The translations under genes were made by a program, and so were the position numbers. 64,000 nt of DNA from Mobula hypostoma (lineage: Eukaryota). The stretch covers positions 13,330,001 to 13,394,000 of the forward strand of contig NC_086110.1 in the NCBI RefSeq assembly GCF_963921235.1. Direction: 5' to 3'. The notes beneath the pieces are model-generated. The model was not told where the DNA came from. It searched no databases and was given only the letters and a program-made list of their open reading frames with translations. This document shows positions 59,291 through 64,000 of this stretch, piece by piece; within the stretch, counting starts at the first letter, position 1; every line of letters begins with the position of its first letter.

Positions 59291-59542
59291 CTGGAAGTCC
59301 CTGCCTGGTTCTGGGCAATGCCGAGGCTATGGGTCCATGTCCAGTCTCGGGCTCGGAGTCCAAGCCTTGCCTTCTAGTCGCTGGTTTCTAGGCCTGGTCC
59401 CTCTTTCCCTAGCCCAAGTCTGCGTTCTTGTCGCTGATCCTGGTCTGAGTCCTGTCACGTCTCTACTCTAGTCAAGTCCTGTTCCTTGTACATCAGTGGC
59501 TGTGTCTTGTATTTGGGTCCGTTCCCAGACCCCATTGTGATA
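59291..59542 (+). mobile_element. U5-end fragment of the same LTR family group, in the opposite orientation
   Basis: Reverse complement tgtatcacaatggggtctgggaacggacccaaatacaagacacagccactgatgtacaagg matches the array LTR terminus. Confidence 0.75.
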
Positions 59543-59709
59543 CAAGGGCGTGACCGTTGGGGAGCTATATTTATATCCAATCCTCGCCTGGGTTGATACT
59601 TTCACCTCTGAAAAACGGTCCCCTTTGTTGTGGTCACAGTCGGTGACTTCGAAAGGATTTCGGAGGATAACGGGAAGATCAATTGAAGATAATGGGAAGA
59701 AATTGGTAA

Positions 59710-59765
59710 CGAAAACCAATCTCCCTCGGGATCAATAAAGTATGACTATGACTATGACTACGAGT
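59710..59765 (+). mobile_element. Rex1-type 3' tail remnant
   Basis: caatctccctcgggatcAATAAAG(TATGAC)3, matching the tail at 32667-32732. Confidence 0.75.
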
Positions 59766-59805
59766 ATGATCGACGGCGTCAGCTCACCTGAAGATTCAAA
59801 TATCG

Positions 59806-59807
<2 letters not shown>

Positions 59808-59841
<34 letters not shown>
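59808..59841. repeat. (CT)n microsatellite
   Basis: About 17 CT units. Confidence 0.95.
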
Positions 59842-59842
<1 letters not shown>

Positions 59843-62099
59843 CCACTACTCAGCTCAACACCACGAACTGAACTGAACGTTAGTCATCTTCGTAAGACTA
59901 CCTATTTACCCCATACACTTGAAGAAGCTTGGTTGTCATATATTTCCACACTTACTTATACATAATCATTGCTAACCTGTTTTATGTATCTGCATTTATA
60001 TTACTGTATTGCGTAGTTTCTAATACATTCCATTAGTTAATAGTGTTTTCTATCCCTGCTGGCTGTTTAACCTGTCACGGGGTACGTGACATCTGTACCT
60101 ACTCTCCACCTTTCTTAACCCCGCACGTTATCCAAATAAACACGTTGACCAGATGACCAACAATTATATATTATTCTAACAGGATGTTCTCCCTGTTGTG
60201 TCACACATACATCTACCTGAATCGGAGTTAATGTGTCAATTTATTGACTATTGGCCAAATAATTGCTGGGCATATTGCTGACTTATTTTGCTCCATCGGG
60301 CAATTGGGAAGTTATTAATCGCTGAGGAGCTCTGTCCAGAGCACCATATTCTTCGAGAGTACACATCTAAAGACGTGATTCCTATATAAATTTACATTCT
60401 AACGTCCACGTTTTTCAGTCAAATGTTATGGTTAGGCTAAACTTGATTTGCTTTAATTTGACCATGTGCTTATTTCCTCTGCCCAGTGTGGGCTGTGAAC
60501 GTACGCAGATTGTGATGCATTTCTCTTGCCTTTTGGCTGCCCTGGCATTTCTGTTACGACCATGTGATAGTACAGTTATATTTTACAACTAATTTTGAGC
60601 AGCAAGTCATGAATGTATATGAAACAGAAGAGTACTGCATTTTTTTATCATACGACATTTACTGATAAAAATTCAGGCACAGAGGTGTTATCACGAGAAT
60701 ACTTTGCGATCTTTTTTTTCACATCTTCAAATCTGTATTTCCCTCAGTTGAACGTTGACATCAGTGAGCAAGAATAACTGTTCAGTTGGTGGATGTTACC
60801 CTACAAACAACGTTTCCCTCGCAGGCTGTGACGAATCTCTGATATTTCTTTCATCCTCTGAGGACTGGGGAGGGAATATCTTGGTGGCGGAGGGGTTTTT
60901 AAAGCAATGTAGGTTTATATCATGGAACGACTGGGAACTGTTCAATTAACCAGCAAAGGAGGTTATTGTTGAACATATCAGGCATTATCCTCTTGAATGA
61001 CCGGGCAGTAGAGAGAGTTGGAATGGCACAATGTATTCTCAATCTTATCCATAAGCTTCGTTCTTTTATTTTTTTTCCAGTGATAATCGCCCCCAATAAA
61101 TCGAAGACGAAATTGATCCCTTATCTTCCAAACTCATACATGTGATATCGATTAACAATCTATGTCTGGATGCAAGAAATGGAACAAAACAGTGCCTCGG
61201 GATAGCATTCATTGATAGTCCGTAGCTCTAAACTGCAGCTGGATTCTCAGCTTCACAGTTTCTTTGCTGTAATTACATCTGCGTACAATGAATGTTGGTT
61301 TTGATGTTTGGATGCTGAGGTGTTCTTGGAATCGGGAAGCTGCAGAGTGGCGTAAGTCAGTTTGTCAGCTCCAATTCTTTTCGTCTGTGAAAATATTTCA
61401 AAACCAGCAGTTAATCAAGAATCATCGATTGAACAAACTGAATCAAAGATTGTAGAATAAATTGGTGATGCGCCCATAAGTTATCAAACTAGATTTCTGC
61501 TGTTTTACACAAAAGTTTTGTCAATATTTTTTCAACTTTTTCTTTTTGATTCATATGGTATTTCCACTCTAACAGCCTGTGTTGGCACACTGAACAATAA
61601 GCGTTTCTGTCCTTATTTGAAATGAAGTTCAACAAAATCGAGTTGGGAGAGTTGTTAACTCCTTGAAGCAGCAGGTATACTGTATACAAAATATTTCGCT
61701 AACTGAAAATACAAGCACATTTTTTGTGTTATATGTGTCTGATTGCTGCAAACTGCTTAGTCTATAGACCTTACTGGTATTTCCTCAGTCACACCTGAAA
61801 ACAGAACTCCAAATACACATAGACACTGCTATCAGTGGATACCGCACAGCTGATAGATTGAAGTTTGGCACTTTGTTCATTCATTCCGTATGCTTACTGT
61901 TTAGTCACAGTTCAGTATTTCCATCAATAACACCAATGTTCGTTTGGTTCAGTGTTCCACTGTTATTATCAGATATTCGTGTTCATTATGGAGATGATAA
62001 TGGGCTTTGGAGAGGATGGCTTTCGCATGTACATGCTTTTTAGTACTTCCTGGTTTGCAAATTACATATGGGAAATTAAATTCATAAAAGCAAGAGAAA

Positions 62100-62650
62100 A
62101 AGCTAATCTTGAGAGAGTTTGCAGATGCTGGAAATCTTGAGGAATGCAAAGAAAAATGCTGAAGAAATTCATTATCTAAGGCAGCATGTATAAATAAACT
62201 GTCGATGTTTCTGGCCGAAGCGCTTTAACAGGACAGTAAATGGAGTCAGAAGTTAGAATCAGAAGGTGGGGAAGGGGTAGAGCATGGCAGGTGATAGGAA
62301 AAACAAGGTTGGTAAGAAGGTGTGTGGATGATGGGGGATGGAGTGACGTAGAAGCTAGGACGTGGTGGGTGGAAAAGGAAAATGGTGGAGGAAGGAGTCT
62401 GATAGGAAGAATCAATGGACCCTGGAAGAAATGGAAGAAGGTGGGGCACCAGTAGAGGTGATGGACAGATCAGAGAAGAGAAGAGAAGAGGTGAAAGGGA
62501 GCCAGAATTGGGAGCAGAGAAAAAAAAGAGAGGAGGTGGTGATGAAGTAAGTATCAAAAGTTAGAGAGATCAATGCTTATGCCTTCAGGTTGGAGTCCAC
62601 CCAGATGGAACAAAAAGGTAATGATATTTCGAGGGTATTCAGTTGTAAAT
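62100..62650. mobile_element. Degenerate Penelope-type non-autonomous element
   Basis: gtttgcagatgctggaaatctt..gcagcat..gtcgatgtttctggccgaag followed by a purine-rich core, as at 5604-5989. Confidence 0.6.
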
Positions 62651-62719
62651 GTCATAGTGACAAAGGTCTGCTCAGGTCGGTAAAATTAACCTCCTTTGGG
62701 ATAATGTTTATATAAGGAT

Positions 62720-63060
62720 ACTACAGACCTGTTAGCTTGACATGAGTGGTTCGGAAGTTGTGGGAAGCGATGGTAGGGAAGAGAATACGGAGTATCTGGA
62801 TGCACATGACAAGATAGGCCAAAGCAAGCATGATTTTCTGAAAGGAGAATCCTGCCTGACTAACCTATTTCAATTTCTGAGGAAAGTATAAGCAGGGTAG
62901 AGAAAGAAAATGTAGTAGATATGGTGTACTTAGATTTTCAGAAGGCCTTTGACATGGTGCCGCACATGAGACTGCTTGGCAAGATAAGAGCCCATGGCAT
63001 TACATAGGAGTCAGTAGCATGGGAGTAGCAGTGGCTGATTGGCAAAAAACAGAGAGTGGA
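62720..63060 (+). mobile_element. CR1 RT fragment
   Basis: YRPVSLT..VYLDFQKAFDMVPH..IRAHGI. Confidence 0.75.
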
Positions 63061-64000
63061 ATAAGACCATAAGACAAAGGAGCAGAAGTCGACCATTCGG
63101 CCCATCGAGTCTGCTCCGGCATTTGATCATGAGCTGATCCATTCTCCCATTTAGTCCCAACCCCTGCCTTCTCACCATAACCTTTGATGCCCTGGCTACT
63201 CAGATACCTATCAATCTCTGCCTTAAACACACCCAAAGACGTGGCCTCCACTGCTGCCCGTGGCAAGAAATTCCATAGATTCACCACCGTCTGACTAAAA
63301 AAAATTCTTCGCATTTCTGACCTGAATGGGCGCCCTTCGATCCTTAAGTCATGCCCTCTCGTAATAGACTCCCCCATCATGGGAACAAACTTTGCCACAT
63401 CCACTCTGTCCATGCCTTTCAACATTCGAAATGTTTCTATGAGGTCTCCCTCATTCTGCTAAACTCCAAGGAATACAGTGCAAGAGCGGACAAACGTTCC
63501 TCATATGTTAATCCTCTCTTTCACGGAATCATTCTCGTGAATCTTCACTGTACCCTCTCCAACGTTAGCACATCCTTTCTTAAATATAGAGACCAAAACT
63601 GCCGACAGTACTCCAAGTGAGGTCTCACCAGCGCCTTATAGAGCCTCAACATCACATTCCTGCTCCTATACTCTATTCCTCTAGAAATGAATGCAAACAT
63701 TGCATTCGCCTTCTTCACTACCGATTCAACCTGGAGGTTAACCTTAAGAGTATCCTGTACGAGGACTCCCAAGCCTCGTTGCATCTCAGAACTTTGAATT
63801 CTTTCATCATTTAAATAATAATCTGCCCGTTTATTTCTTCTGCCAAAGTGGATAACCGTACACTTTCCAACATTGTATTTCATTGGCCACTTCTTCGCCC
63901 ATTCTGCGAATCTATCCAAGTCTCTCTGCGGCCTCTCCGTTTCCTCAGCACTACCGGCCCCTCCCGCTATCTTCGTATCGTCAGCAAACTTAGCCACAAA
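63061..64000 (-). mobile_element. CR1 LINE 3' part running off the window end
   Basis: KFADDTKIAG..YNVGKCTVIHFG..LYKALVRPHLEYC..RRIFFSQTVVNLWNFLP. Confidence 0.92.

Noticed and set aside
61858-62140. Short hydrophobic ORFs behind a possible acceptor at 61910
   Set aside because: No donor, no recognisable domain, and it runs into a Penelope-type repeat.

Overview
Eukaryotic, very repeat-rich vertebrate DNA. The repeat types (CR1 LINEs with (TTTCTATG)n tails, Penelope-type inverted repeats, fish-type L1) suggest a cartilaginous fish such as a ray or shark; this is an inference. One host gene can be reconstructed with confidence: a six-exon, 279-aa, minus-strand Ig-superfamily membrane receptor (6319-14002) made of leader, germline-joined V-J domain, C1 domain, uncharged TM and short tail. 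It resembles the non-rearranging NKp30/VJ-C1/SIRP-like antigen-receptor relatives. It has a lymphoid-type promoter, an ITIM-like motif lacking its tyrosine, and an RSS-like heptamer/nonamer just upstream of the V exon. The rest is nested retroelements: four L1, several CR1, Rex1/Babar, an R4/Dong fragment, and a Gmr1-like Gypsy inside a solo LTR. The most striking structure is a 12.2-kb tandem array (39218-51461) of seven long LTRs separated by five 157-172-bp spacers, inserted in an L1 with a single 5-bp TSD. Its LTRs carry a minisatellite-built U5 and a Tf1/Sushi-type self-priming signature (predicted transcript 5' end complementary to the PBS), and a related chromovirus remnant lies 2 kb away. 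Boundaries of degraded repeats are approximate.
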